From the sequence record PQ826432.1: a stretch of 61,452 nucleotides of DNA, one strand, 5' to 3'. Positions 37,628 through 47,634 of the stretch are shown here, piece after piece. The DNA is from a phage. The notes under the pieces are model-generated. The model searched no databases and was not told where the DNA came from. It worked only from the letters and a program-made list of their open reading frames with translations. Numbering within the stretch: position 1 is the stretch's first letter; each line of letters opens with the position of its first letter. Both the position numbers and the translations under genes were made by a program.

Positions 37628-38419
37628 ATGCGTAAAGAATTTCAGAAAGCTTACCATGCCCTGCTGAAAGGTGTTGTAACTGTCAAAGTTAAGTTTGAAG
37701 CAGGTGTTCGTCTTTATACCTACCGTGCCCTGGAAAGCGACGAATTGCAGCCGGGCGATACAGTTGTTATTCAATATAACGGCAAGTTCTTTACTACGGA
37801 AGTAGTAGAAGTGGATCAATATCCGGACTTCAGTAAGGATGTTGAATACAAATGGATTGTCTGTAAAGTGGATGAAGAGCGCTATGCTCACTTCCTGGAA
37901 CAGGAACACATGTTCGAACAACAGATGTTGGCTTTGTCCGCAAACAAAGAAGCAGAAGCGACCAAGAAAGAATTGATCGAGTTGTACGGTGAAGAAAATG
38001 TCGGTTATTTGGCAGGTATTGCTCAGGGTAAAGTAATGGCCCCGACATTGAATGACGTTATTGACACTCTGTTGCAAAACTTTGCAGATGGTGCAGATCT
38101 TAACGGTAGTGTTGTTGAGTTTAAAACCGGATCTTATAATGGCGAAGCTGTACAACGTCAGAAAGATTTATATGTACAGGTGCTTGGGCGCGGTTTACGC
38201 AAGATGGAAGGTCCGCGTCTGGACTGGGAAAGTCGTTACAATAAACACATCGCTAAGATGCATAACCTGAACGGTTTTACATGGCGTGATTTTATGGCGC
38301 CTGGTGCAAGTAAAGAGAGCGACGAAGACGTAGAATCTGCTAAAATCTTGTTTGATCGTTTCAAGCGCAAGCAGTATCCGATCGAGCAATATATCGAAGA
38401 GTTCAAAGACAAACTGTAA
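37628..38419 (+). CDS. hypothetical protein (263 aa)
   Basis: ORF track; AAGAGGA SD. Confidence 0.5.
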   Translation: MRKEFQKAYHALLKGVVTVKVKFEAGVRLYTYRALESDELQPGDTVVIQYNGKFFTTEVVEVDQYPDFSKDVEYKWIVCKVDEERYAHFLEQEHMFEQQMLALSANKEAEATKKELIELYGEENVGYLAGIAQGKVMAPTLNDVIDTLLQNFADGADLNGSVVEFKTGSYNGEAVQRQKDLYVQVLGRGLRKMEGPRLDWESRYNKHIAKMHNLNGFTWRDFMAPGASKESDEDVESAKILFDRFKRKQYPIEQYIEEFKDKL

Positions 38420-38430
38420 ACGGGGGAATA

Positions 38431-38661
38431 ATGGCTGTAAGAAAGATCAAAGCGACCGATGCGCTTCCTGGAATGATTTACCGTGACTTTTACGGTAACG
38501 AAATGAAAGTAGAAAGTATCTGTCATTACGAGCAGGATAATACGATAGCCCTTACCTTTGCTTTCGGGCGCCCAGGAGATGGTTTCCGTCTAACCTTCCA
38601 AAATGAAGAAGAGATTGAAATCGTGATCCCTGAAGAACCGGAAGAATCTATTCCTGCATAA
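38431..38661 (+). CDS. hypothetical protein (76 aa)
   Basis: ORF track. Confidence 0.45.
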   Translation: MAVRKIKATDALPGMIYRDFYGNEMKVESICHYEQDNTIALTFAFGRPGDGFRLTFQNEEEIEIVIPEEPEESIPA

Positions 38662-38667
38662 CTTACA

Positions 38668-38694
38668 AGGGGGTCTTTCGACCCCCTTTTTATT
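38668..38694 (+). terminator. rho-independent terminator
   Basis: 9-bp stem AAGGGGGTC/GACCCCCTT, loop TTTC, then TTTTATT. Confidence 0.7.
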
Positions 38695-38706
38695 AAGGAA
38701 AAAACA

Positions 38707-39330
38707 ATGAGAGTAACAATTATTTCTGATGCAAGTTTTTGCCCAAATACAAAAGCCGCAGGCTATGGTGGATGGGTAGTTTGTAACCGTGGAAATAATG
38801 CTAACGGTGGTCCATTACGCGGTGCTCCGGATAACAATGCAGCCGAAACAATGGCAATTTGTAATGTCATTTGGGAAGGATTGAAAGCTAATTTGATTCA
38901 ATCGGGGGATCATCTAATCGTCCAAACAGATTGTTCAACTGCTATTAAAGTGTATAAAGAGGCAAGCTGGAAAAGCGAACAGGAAGGTACAGCTTTCAAA
39001 TGGTTGAACGATCAACTTCGTAAATATAACCTTACTATTGAGTTTCGCCACGTTAAAGGTCATACAAGTAATCAGGACCAGCGTAGCAAAGCTCAAAGAT
39101 TTTGTGATGAACGTGCGCGTTCTGCTATGCGGTTGGAAAGAAGCAAAATTCGTTTGCAGGAATGCAAAGATCTTATTTCCGAAGCAAAGAAAAAGGAAAA
39201 CAGACCTAAAAAGGGTAGCGGACATTTACGCCGTAATACCCGTATGAAAGAGAAAGCTCAAAAAGCTGCAATACTTTTAGAACGTTGCGGTATACGCAGC
39301 AGTTCCCATCAACATGATTATTATGAATGA
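38707..39330 (+). CDS. ribonuclease H-like protein
   Basis: IISDASF..GYGGW start, acidic residues and VKGH spaced as in RNase H. Confidence 0.55.
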   Translation: MRVTIISDASFCPNTKAAGYGGWVVCNRGNNANGGPLRGAPDNNAAETMAICNVIWEGLKANLIQSGDHLIVQTDCSTAIKVYKEASWKSEQEGTAFKWLNDQLRKYNLTIEFRHVKGHTSNQDQRSKAQRFCDERARSAMRLERSKIRLQECKDLISEAKKKENRPKKGSGHLRRNTRMKEKAQKAAILLERCGIRSSSHQHDYYE

Positions 39331-39338
39331 GGTTAACA

Positions 39339-40253
39339 ATGGCATTCAAACCACATTTAGCGACTGACGCGGTTGAAGAAAAGATTAAGTTTCCGTGCTG
39401 CATACTGCCTAAAATTGACGGTGTGCGCGGTTTAAATCCGGACGGGCAAATAGTAGGGCGAAGCTTAAAGCTGTTTAAAAACCGCCATACAAGCGCAATT
39501 TTCAGCGGTCCTCAATACATGGGCTATGACGGTGAGCTTGCGGCAGGGGTGGAGACAGATCCGGACCTGTGCCGTAAAACAACAAGTGCGGTAAACACAA
39601 TTGAAGGTGAACCGTTCCTGAAATGGCACATTTTTGATCTGTGCGCGGAAAGTGTTGCAGAGCTGGGCTATGAAGCACGCTACAACATGATGAAAGACTT
39701 CATAACCACACAGCACGCCAAAGGTGAACTGCTCGACCTGCAAGTTGTGCCAATGTATGTGGTTAAGTCTTTGCAAGAGCTGCTCTACTGGGAAAACATC
39801 TGGCTTGATATGGGTTATGAAGGTATTATTATCCGCGATCCTGAAAAGCCTTATAAGCATGGGCGAGGTACAGTTCGCGAAGGTGGATATCTTCGTATTA
39901 AACGCTTTATTCAGGAAGACGCTATTGTCCTCGATATTATTGAGGGTGAAACTAATCTTAATGAAGCTACCGTTAACGAGCTGGGAAGGACTACACGATC
40001 TTCACATCAGGAAAATAAAGTTCCTAACGGTATGATCGGGACGCTTGTTTGTAAAGACGTTAAGACGGGCAATACAATCAACGTTAGTCCTGGTAAACTA
40101 ACGCAAGAGGATAAGATTTATTATTGGAATAACCCTGACAAGATTAAAGGTCGGACTATTTCATATAAACACTTTCCTCATGGTGTTAAAGATAAACCGC
40201 GTTTTGCTAACTTTATGCATTTCCGCGATGAAAGTGATCAGGCTTTAGATTAA
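39339..40253 (+). CDS. ATP-dependent DNA ligase
   Basis: adenylation motif KIDGVRG; start moved to ATG 39339 with GAGG SD. Confidence 0.7.
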   Translation: MAFKPHLATDAVEEKIKFPCCILPKIDGVRGLNPDGQIVGRSLKLFKNRHTSAIFSGPQYMGYDGELAAGVETDPDLCRKTTSAVNTIEGEPFLKWHIFDLCAESVAELGYEARYNMMKDFITTQHAKGELLDLQVVPMYVVKSLQELLYWENIWLDMGYEGIIIRDPEKPYKHGRGTVREGGYLRIKRFIQEDAIVLDIIEGETNLNEATVNELGRTTRSSHQENKVPNGMIGTLVCKDVKTGNTINVSPGKLTQEDKIYYWNNPDKIKGRTISYKHFPHGVKDKPRFANFMHFRDESDQALD

Positions 40254-40318
40254 AAAGTAATTGAGGGTTCAAAGTATATTACGTTACAATGAGCACGAAC
40301 TTAAAAGAGAGGCGTTAA

Positions 40319-41047
40319 ATGGCCATTGAAATTAAAATGTCTTCACAAGTAGTGCAAGACACAGGCGTTAAAATTCTGGTTTACGGTGAAGCGGGTATGG
40401 GTAAAACCAGCCTTGTAGCTACGCTACCTAAACCAATTTTGATCAGCGCAGAGTCCGGTCTGTTATCTATTGCAGCGGAAAACCTTAATCGCGTTTATGG
40501 TAACATGGGATTGCCGATCGTTTATGATATCCCAGTTATTGAAGTTAAATGTCTGGAGGACGTTGAAGCTGCTTATCAGTGGTGTGTAACTCCAGCTAAC
40601 CAGCAGTATTTCGATTCTATTGCGCTTGACAGCTTGAGCGAAATTGCTGAACAATGTTTAAACAATGCGAAAAAAGGAACAAAAGATCCTCGTCAAGCTT
40701 ATGGTACTTTGCTTGAAAAGATGCAAGATCTGATCCGTAAATTTCGCGATATTCCTGGCAAACATGTTTATATGTCTGCTAAAATGGGCAAAGACAAAGA
40801 TGAAGTCTCCGGTGTTACCGCGTATGCTCCATCTATGCCTGGGTCCAAATTGGGGCAAATGCTCCCTTACTTCTTCGACGAAGTGTTTCGTCTGAATGTA
40901 AATAAGGATCAGCAAGGTAACTCATATCGTTACTTGCAAACTCAACCGGACTTTAATACAATCGCTAAGGATCGTTCGGGACGTTTAGATGCGGTTGAAG
41001 TCCCACACTTAGGTTCTGTTATCAACAAAATGAAAGGTATCAACTAA
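40319..41047 (+). CDS. RecA-like AAA ATPase (Sak4-like)
   Basis: Walker A GEAGMGKTS near N-terminus; followed by SSB-like and nuclease genes. Confidence 0.5.
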   Translation: MAIEIKMSSQVVQDTGVKILVYGEAGMGKTSLVATLPKPILISAESGLLSIAAENLNRVYGNMGLPIVYDIPVIEVKCLEDVEAAYQWCVTPANQQYFDSIALDSLSEIAEQCLNNAKKGTKDPRQAYGTLLEKMQDLIRKFRDIPGKHVYMSAKMGKDKDEVSGVTAYAPSMPGSKLGQMLPYFFDEVFRLNVNKDQQGNSYRYLQTQPDFNTIAKDRSGRLDAVEVPHLGSVINKMKGIN

Positions 41048-41916
41048 TGACTATGCCAACTAATTTCCACTTTGACGCGAGCAGCTATCAAGCACCTTCT
41101 TACGGCGCATTGCCGAAAGGTTGGTATAAAGCAGTAATTGAAGCATCTGAATTTAAACCGACCAAAAATGGCGGTATGGCAATCCAGGTAACGTTTAGCA
41201 TCATTGACGGTTTTGCTAAAGGTCGCAAAATCTTCGCTCGTTATAACGTTATTAACGACAACGAAGATACTGTGCGTATCGCTTACGAGCAACTGGGAGC
41301 TCTTTCCCACGCTGTAGGTGTAATTCGCTGGGATACTCCTGCGCAACTGCATAACATTCCGCTGAACCTGCGTCTGAAAGTTCGTTCTCAGGAAGGTTAT
41401 GAAGACAGCAACGAGCCGAACGGTTACGCTAACATCAACGATCCGGTTAAATATGCAGAAAAAGCAGCAGAGGCTCCATCAATGGGTGCTCCAGCAGTAG
41501 CTAACCCGTTTGGTGCAGGTGCGCCAGCACAGCAGCCAACTTTCCCGGGCGCAGCGCCACAGCAGCCAGCAGCTAACCCGTTTGCTCAGCAACAGCAAGC
41601 ACCTGTACAGCAGCAAGCTCCGGTACAGCAACAGCAGCCTGTTCAGCAACCAGCACCGCAGCAGGGCGCAGCAGCTCAACCGTGGCAGAATGCCGCACCG
41701 CAGCCGTGGGATAACCCTGCTCAAAACGCAGCGCCACAGCAGCCAGTTCAGCAAGCTCCGGTACAACAGCCAGTAGCACCGGAAGCAGCTCAGCAGCCGT
41801 GGGCGCAGCAGGTAGCACAGCCGGGTCAGGCAGCAGCACCGCAGCAGCAAGCGCAGCCACAGCAGCAAGCTGAACCGCATCCGGCACAAGCAGCAGTCCC
41901 GCCGTGGCAGCAGTAA
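41047..41916 (+). CDS. single-stranded DNA-binding-like protein with Pro/Gln/Ala-rich C-terminal tail
   Basis: position after Sak4-like ATPase; low-complexity C-terminus. Confidence 0.4.
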   Translation: MTMPTNFHFDASSYQAPSYGALPKGWYKAVIEASEFKPTKNGGMAIQVTFSIIDGFAKGRKIFARYNVINDNEDTVRIAYEQLGALSHAVGVIRWDTPAQLHNIPLNLRLKVRSQEGYEDSNEPNGYANINDPVKYAEKAAEAPSMGAPAVANPFGAGAPAQQPTFPGAAPQQPAANPFAQQQQAPVQQQAPVQQQQPVQQPAPQQGAAAQPWQNAAPQPWDNPAQNAAPQQPVQQAPVQQPVAPEAAQQPWAQQVAQPGQAAAPQQQAQPQQQAEPHPAQAAVPPWQQ

Positions 41917-41981
41917 GTTAACCCTCCCTCTGTAGTGTCCCTAAGCCGTCTTTCGACGGCTTATTTTTCTAAGGTACTCCA

Positions 41982-42890
41982 ATGGCTATTTATATTGCAG
42001 AAAAAACACTTCAAGCAATCAATGACGGTGTGCAAAAAGATCAGGGTGGGACTTACCGTAAGTATCTTGGCGTAGTCATTCCCACAATTGAAGACGCATA
42101 TCGCCCCGAAAGCGGCAACCGCAGTCACTTAGGTGCTTCCCTTATTGGACAACAATGTGCTCGCAAGCTGTTCTACGGATATCGCTGGGCTACTCGTAAA
42201 GAATTTGATGGACGCCAGCTCCGCCTATTTAACCGCGGACATCTGGAAGAAGCGCGTTTCATTGCTATGCTTCTTGCGGCAGGTATGCAGGTCTACCAGC
42301 AGGATGAAAACGGACACCAGTTCCGTATCAGCGAAGCTGGCGGACACTTTGGCGGTTCCTGCGATGGTGTGGTTATAGGTTGTCCGGACGTTCAGCCTGG
42401 AATGCCCGTGCTTACTGAAATGAAGACTCACAACGATAAGTCGTTCAAGAAGCTGAAAGCTAAAGGTGTCAAAGAAGCTAAACCTGAGCACTATGTACAG
42501 ATGAACGTGTACATGCGCAAGCTTGGACTTGGCGCAGCGTTATATCTTGCGGTAAACAAGAACGATGATGAAGTTTACGCAGAAATTATTCCGTTTGATC
42601 CGGTCACTGCGGACATGTATATTGATCGTGGTGTGCAGATTGCTATTGCTACGGATATTCCTGACCGTGCATTCAAAGACTCTACCTTCTTCGAATGCAA
42701 ATGGTGCGACCATTCCTCATTGTGCTGGCGTAAAACTATGCCGGAGGTAAACTGCCGCACATGTCAATTTCTTGAGCCAAAAGATGATGGAACATGGTAT
42801 TGCAATTTCCATTCCGTTGCAGTAGATACTCAGGGTCAAAAAGTTGGTTGTCAAAACTATCAAGTAGCTAACTATTACGGGAAAGATTGA
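41982..42890 (+). CDS. Cas4/RecB-like PD-(D/E)XK exonuclease with C-terminal Cys cluster
   Basis: CDGVV...EMKT and QMNVY motifs; Cys-rich C-terminus. Confidence 0.45.
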   Translation: MAIYIAEKTLQAINDGVQKDQGGTYRKYLGVVIPTIEDAYRPESGNRSHLGASLIGQQCARKLFYGYRWATRKEFDGRQLRLFNRGHLEEARFIAMLLAAGMQVYQQDENGHQFRISEAGGHFGGSCDGVVIGCPDVQPGMPVLTEMKTHNDKSFKKLKAKGVKEAKPEHYVQMNVYMRKLGLGAALYLAVNKNDDEVYAEIIPFDPVTADMYIDRGVQIAIATDIPDRAFKDSTFFECKWCDHSSLCWRKTMPEVNCRTCQFLEPKDDGTWYCNFHSVAVDTQGQKVGCQNYQVANYYGKD

Positions 42891-42892
42891 TT

Positions 42893-43399
42893 ATGAAAAG
42901 GTTGCCGTTACCGACGCAAGAAGAACTCAATAGGATTTTTAGCTATAGCGAAGATAGCGGTAACTTATTCTGGAACCATAACGGCCAGATCGCAGGGAGT
43001 GAAGTTACTTTTAGTCATGGTAAAACCTATATTATGGTTTTTATGAACGGTCTTAATTATTACGCACACCGTATAATCTGGAAAATGCTCTATAACGAAG
43101 AACCCGAATATATTGATCATGATGATGGTGACGGTACGCATAATTGGAAAACTAATCTAAATAAAAGTGATAAATACCATAACAACCATAATAGAAAACT
43201 ACCATCGAATAATAAGAGCGGTTGTCCTGGAGTAACATGGGCTAAGGCAAACAAGAAATGGAAAGCTCAAATTGATGTATACGGTATTCGGCTACATCTT
43301 GGTTATTTTGAAAGTCTACAAGACGCAATAAAGACAAGAAAAGAGGCTGAAATTACATACGGGTTTAACAAGAATCATGGAACAGTGAGACCTTTATGA
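42893..43399 (+). CDS. HNH homing endonuclease with AP2-like DNA-binding domain
   Basis: AHRIIW...IDHDDGDGTHNWKTNL and GVTWAKANKKWKAQI. Confidence 0.65.
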   Translation: MKRLPLPTQEELNRIFSYSEDSGNLFWNHNGQIAGSEVTFSHGKTYIMVFMNGLNYYAHRIIWKMLYNEEPEYIDHDDGDGTHNWKTNLNKSDKYHNNHNRKLPSNNKSGCPGVTWAKANKKWKAQIDVYGIRLHLGYFESLQDAIKTRKEAEITYGFNKNHGTVRPL

Positions 43400-45372
43400 A
43401 ATTAAGAGATTATCAACAGGAAGCAGTTTATAGCGTATTCCGCTATTTTGATGCTGAAAAGGGTAACGCGGGGAACCCTTTGATCCTGTTACCAACAGGG
43501 ACAGGAAAATCGCTCGTTATCGCGGGGTTCCTCGATCTGCTTTATAAATGGTATCCAAACCAGCGCGTAATGATGTTAACTCACGTCAAAGAGTTGATCG
43601 CGCAAAACTATGATAAATTAATGAAAGTCTGGCCTGAAGCGCCAGCAGGTATTTACAGCGCAGGTTTGAAGCGTAAAGAAGTTTATAATCTTATCACATT
43701 TGCGGGGATTGCATCCGTTGCTAAGCATCCTAAAAAGTTCGGCAAGGTTGATCTAATCTTTGTAGACGAAGCGCACCTTATTAGTCCGCGTGATGCAACA
43801 ATGTATAAGAAGTTCTTTGCAGCATTGCGTGAAGTTAACCCGTATTTAAAAATTATCGGTCTTACCGCTACACCTTACCGACTGGGTTACGGCTCAATTG
43901 TTAAGGAAAACGAAGACGATGATGCTTTATTCGATAAAGTAACGTTTGATGCAACTACCCCTGAAGCCTTTAACTGGTTCCTGGAGCAAGGTTATCTTCT
44001 TCCGGTTGTGCCAAAGCGTACTAAGATGGAGCTGGACCTCAACGGGGTAGGTAAACGCGGCGGTGAGTTTATCCAGAGTGAGCTGCAAAGCGCGGTGAAC
44101 CGCGACGATGCAACACTCCGCGCGCTTGAGGAAGCCATTGAATGTGGTGAAGACCGCCAAAGCTGGCTTATATTTTGTTCTGGTATTGAACACGCTAAAG
44201 ATGCGTGTGATATGCTGAACGATATGGGTATTAGTTGCGGATGTATCCATTCAAAACTTGATGCAAAAGAGCGTGACGAAATTATTGAAAAGTTCAAGCG
44301 TGGAGAGTTTCGAGCGTTAACGAACAACAACGTCTTAACCACAGGTTTTGACCATCCGATGCTCGATCTAATTATCATGCTTCGCCCCACTGCGTCGGCG
44401 GTGCTATGGGTTCAGATGCTTGGTCGTGGTACGCGTCCGGTATACGCGGAAGGCTTTGATCTTTCCACGCAGGAAGGCCGCTTGCAAGCTATTGCAGCAA
44501 GCCCTAAGCAAAACTGCCTTGTACTGGATTTCAGCGGTAATACGCGCCGTTTGGGCCCTATTAACGACCCTGTTAAACCCAAGCGCCCGGGCGAAAAAGG
44601 TGCTGGTACTGCTCCGGTTAAAGAATGCGATGTGTGCGGGTCGTATAATCATGCATCTGCTCGCTATTGCGGTGGCTTTGCACCAATTCCTATGGACAGC
44701 GTTACACAGGAACAAGCTCAACAATTATATTTGAAGGGATTCAGACTACGTGGAACGGATTATGTTAAAGAAGGATTTTGCGGTCATGAGTTTAAGTTCC
44801 AGACGAAACTTAAAAAGGCAGCAAGTACCGAAGCACTCATCAAACAGGACATTCCGGTAGTTGAAGACTTTAAAGTTACGCATGTCACTTATGCAAAGCA
44901 CACTAAACGCAATGACAGCTCCAAACCTCCAACAATGAAGGTGACTTATTATTGCGGTAGTAAAATATTCAGCGAATGGGTAGCTTTGCTTCATGGCGAC
45001 TGGGCTGGTCGTAAAGCTGTTGCATGGTGGAAGAAAAGGACGCATCTTCCTTTACCACAAACTATTGAAGAAGCTCTTGATGTTGCTGCAATGCTTAAAA
45101 CACCGAAATACATCAAAGTTCATACCAATAAGAAATGGCCTGAGATATTGAACTACGATTATGATGGTACGTGTTTCGGTAAGTTTGAAGCTCCACAGGA
45201 CGATGAATCTATTCAAGTTAAAGTATACGGGCAAGATGGAACAACCGAAGGTCCGAGCTATAACGATGATGTGAGCTGGGATGATATTGTTTCGCAGAAT
45301 ACGCAAGGTATAACAGTGAACAATGTGGTTAATCCTGTACAAGTAGATGATCCAGATTACGTTCCGTTCTAA
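43396..45372 (+). CDS. SF2 DNA helicase (DEAH-type)
   Basis: Walker A PTGTGKS and Walker B FVDEAH. Confidence 0.7.
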   Translation: MKLRDYQQEAVYSVFRYFDAEKGNAGNPLILLPTGTGKSLVIAGFLDLLYKWYPNQRVMMLTHVKELIAQNYDKLMKVWPEAPAGIYSAGLKRKEVYNLITFAGIASVAKHPKKFGKVDLIFVDEAHLISPRDATMYKKFFAALREVNPYLKIIGLTATPYRLGYGSIVKENEDDDALFDKVTFDATTPEAFNWFLEQGYLLPVVPKRTKMELDLNGVGKRGGEFIQSELQSAVNRDDATLRALEEAIECGEDRQSWLIFCSGIEHAKDACDMLNDMGISCGCIHSKLDAKERDEIIEKFKRGEFRALTNNNVLTTGFDHPMLDLIIMLRPTASAVLWVQMLGRGTRPVYAEGFDLSTQEGRLQAIAASPKQNCLVLDFSGNTRRLGPINDPVKPKRPGEKGAGTAPVKECDVCGSYNHASARYCGGFAPIPMDSVTQEQAQQLYLKGFRLRGTDYVKEGFCGHEFKFQTKLKKAASTEALIKQDIPVVEDFKVTHVTYAKHTKRNDSSKPPTMKVTYYCGSKIFSEWVALLHGDWAGRKAVAWWKKRTHLPLPQTIEEALDVAAMLKTPKYIKVHTNKKWPEILNYDYDGTCFGKFEAPQDDESIQVKVYGQDGTTEGPSYNDDVSWDDIVSQNTQGITVNNVVNPVQVDDPDYVPF

Positions 45373-45431
45373 TTGACTTCAACATCTAATGCCCCTACTA
45401 TTGGGGCATTACTTATTTATAGGGGATTGCA

Positions 45432-45926
45432 ATGTACGTCCTGATTGATACAGATAAATTTGAACTCTTGGCAAAGCATCCCAATTGGCTGACACTACAC
45501 CAACTTGGAATTATTTGTTGCCCTGAGTCAACACTGGTGACACCAGTAGACGATTTACATGATCTTGAAGATGTTGATCTTCAAATGCTTTATATTAACT
45601 TGACAGAAAACTTAGGAGCTGCACCTTATGAACGGGAAATCGTTGAGCGCATTTTGTTTGATTACTTTACGCAACTTCCAGAAAAAATCCTGGATCACGC
45701 CCAAATCAGCGCACAAGCCGAATTCTGTGTGGAATACGATATCCAAGGCTTTTGCTCACCTCAAATTGGGCAATACGTTCCGTCAATGGATGAAGGACTT
45801 TGGAAACCTGCCCGTGTCAAATACGATGCTGAACGGGAGGGTGGTATTATTTCCGGTGCCAGGGTCGTTTGTGAGCAACCCGCATTGCAAGCCGCATGGA
45901 CACCGGGCAGAGGGGCAAAGAGTTAG
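45432..45926 (+). CDS. hypothetical protein (164 aa)
   Basis: ORF track; AGGGGA SD. Confidence 0.45.
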   Translation: MYVLIDTDKFELLAKHPNWLTLHQLGIICCPESTLVTPVDDLHDLEDVDLQMLYINLTENLGAAPYEREIVERILFDYFTQLPEKILDHAQISAQAEFCVEYDIQGFCSPQIGQYVPSMDEGLWKPARVKYDAEREGGIISGARVVCEQPALQAAWTPGRGAKS

Positions 45927-46053
45927 TAAGTTCTAAGCTTGATCAAAAATATTTTTAAAAATATTCAGATAAGGGGTTGCGTGTCACAAAATCCTTTGGT
46001 ACATTTAACCCCGTTGGTAACAAACGAACCCATAACAATTCGGAGTGAAGAGA

Positions 46054-46857
46054 ATGAGCAACATTGAAGACAAAAAAGCTGCTGCCGCAGCCGCTGCTGC
46101 CGCCGCTGCAAAATCTGCTAAACCTGCAAAGAAAGAAGCTACTGTGAATGATACAGAAGCTAAGAAAGCCGCAGCCGCTGAAGCTGCACGCGTAGCAAAA
46201 GAGAAAAAAGAAGCAGAGAAAAAAGCTGCCGCTGAAAAGAAACAAGCTGAAATCCGCACTGAAGCGGAAAACAAATTCAATGCGATTGCTAACGCTGCTG
46301 AAATCCTGAAAAACTCTTTGGCTACCGTCACCGACGAAAGCACTGTTGAACAGATCACGGAAGCAGAAACTCAGGGATCTGCAAACCTGAAGACCATTAA
46401 AGAAGCTCTGAAAGAGCTGAAAGCTGTCGTTAAGAAGTCTAAAGGTGAAGACCTGTCCGGTGCTGTAACTTCTGCCCAGGGTCTGGTGGATGGTCTGGAA
46501 GCTACTATTAAAGGCTTCAAAGACAAGATCCGTGCTGCAAAACAGGCAGAAAAAGAAGCGGAAAAAGCACGCGCTAAAGAGCTCCGCGAGAAAGAAAAAG
46601 AAGCTAATCGTATGCCTGAACAGAACGGTGTTCGCCGTCCGCAACCGGAAACTTCCTGCGGTCGTGCCTGGGCTCTGATGGACCAGATTAGCGCTACGCT
46701 GGGTCAGCCTGCTCCAATCTCTTATGTTCTGAACCTGGCTGGTCGACATGGTCTGAACGAAGATACCGTTAAAACCCAGTATGCACGCTGGAAGAAATTT
46801 AATGGTGTGACTGGTCGCGTACCTGTACCAGTACCGGAAGCCCTGAACGGCTTGTAA
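46054..46857 (+). CDS. Lys/Ala/Glu-rich coiled-coil protein with poly-Ala tract, histone H1-like composition
   Basis: ORF track 46045..46857; ATG 46054 with GGAG SD; 11-Ala run and AKK/EKK repeats. Confidence 0.4.
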   Translation: MSNIEDKKAAAAAAAAAAAKSAKPAKKEATVNDTEAKKAAAAEAARVAKEKKEAEKKAAAEKKQAEIRTEAENKFNAIANAAEILKNSLATVTDESTVEQITEAETQGSANLKTIKEALKELKAVVKKSKGEDLSGAVTSAQGLVDGLEATIKGFKDKIRAAKQAEKEAEKARAKELREKEKEANRMPEQNGVRRPQPETSCGRAWALMDQISATLGQPAPISYVLNLAGRHGLNEDTVKTQYARWKKFNGVTGRVPVPVPEALNGL

Positions 46858-46883
46858 TATCAAAACATATCACGTTATAATGA

Positions 46884-46910
46884 AGGCGCCCAATGAGGCG
46901 CTTTCTTTTT
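46884..46910 (+). terminator. weak stem-loop plus U-run
   Basis: GCGCC/GGCGC stem then TTTCTTTTT. Confidence 0.35.
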
Positions 46911-46926
46911 CACTAGAGGAGTTAAG

Positions 46927-47634
46927 ATGAATATTAATCAACAAGCTCCCGAGTCTCGTTCTAAAGAAAACGATATGTATTTAGACGTGCATTCGGTATT
47001 CTCTACCATTCAGGGTGAAGGGCCATTCTGCGGCCAACCTGCTGTATTTGTGCGACTTGCTGGGTGTAACCTGCAATGTCCGGGCTGTGATACTGACTAT
47101 ACTGTAGGTCGTTCTCTTTATCACATTGTTGATATCGTGCGTTTAATCGAAAGCCGTAAGCTGGAATCAGGCAATAGCACCTCACTTGTGGTTATTACTG
47201 GGGGTGAACCGTTCCGTCAGCAAATTAACCCGTTTATTGAACAACTGTTATCGCGGGGCTATTTGGTGCAAATCGAAACTAATGGGTCTATGCCTTTACC
47301 TAAGAACTTTTCCCAGTTGCCTGTGATTGTATGTAGTCCCAAGACCTCAAAGATTCATCCTTCTGTGCTGTACCGCGCTAATGCATTTAAATATGTACTT
47401 AAAGCGTGCTGTGTAAATGTGGAAGACGGTTTACCGCTTCAGGCATTGGATCATCAAGCTACGCCATTTATCGCTAGACCTCCGAAGGGTTTCAAGGGTA
47501 AGATATATTTACAGCCAATGGACGAGCAGGATGAAGACCTTAACCACAGTAATATCCAAGCGGTTGTCCAAAGCTGTATGAAACACGGGTACACGTTGCA
47601 GCTTCAGGTCCACAAATATATCGGGGTGGAATAA
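46927..47634 (+). CDS. queE: 7-carboxy-7-deazaguanine synthase (radical SAM)
   Basis: CNLQCPGC cluster, ITGGEP motif; strong SD GAGGAG. Confidence 0.75.
   Translation: MNINQQAPESRSKENDMYLDVHSVFSTIQGEGPFCGQPAVFVRLAGCNLQCPGCDTDYTVGRSLYHIVDIVRLIESRKLESGNSTSLVVITGGEPFRQQINPFIEQLLSRGYLVQIETNGSMPLPKNFSQLPVIVCSPKTSKIHPSVLYRANAFKYVLKACCVNVEDGLPLQALDHQATPFIARPPKGFKGKIYLQPMDEQDEDLNHSNIQAVVQSCMKHGYTLQLQVHKYIGVE

Noticed and set aside
37140-38155. Two long minus-strand ORFs (150 aa and 187 aa) in the plus-strand block
   Set aside because: Antisense to SD-supported plus-strand genes; hydrophobic low-complexity products; AT-rich antisense frames commonly stay open.
41479-41889. Several ORFs on both strands inside the SSB-like gene C-terminal region
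   Set aside because: Alternative readings of a CAG/CCG/GCA-rich low-complexity tract; highly repetitive products; the plus-strand gene 41047..41916 explains the region.
45955-46863. 302-aa minus-strand ORF
   Set aside because: Fully overlaps the SD-supported plus-strand gene 46054..46857; it is the reverse reading of GCN/AAR-rich codons, gives a Phe/Ser/Cys-rich low-complexity product, and has no SD.
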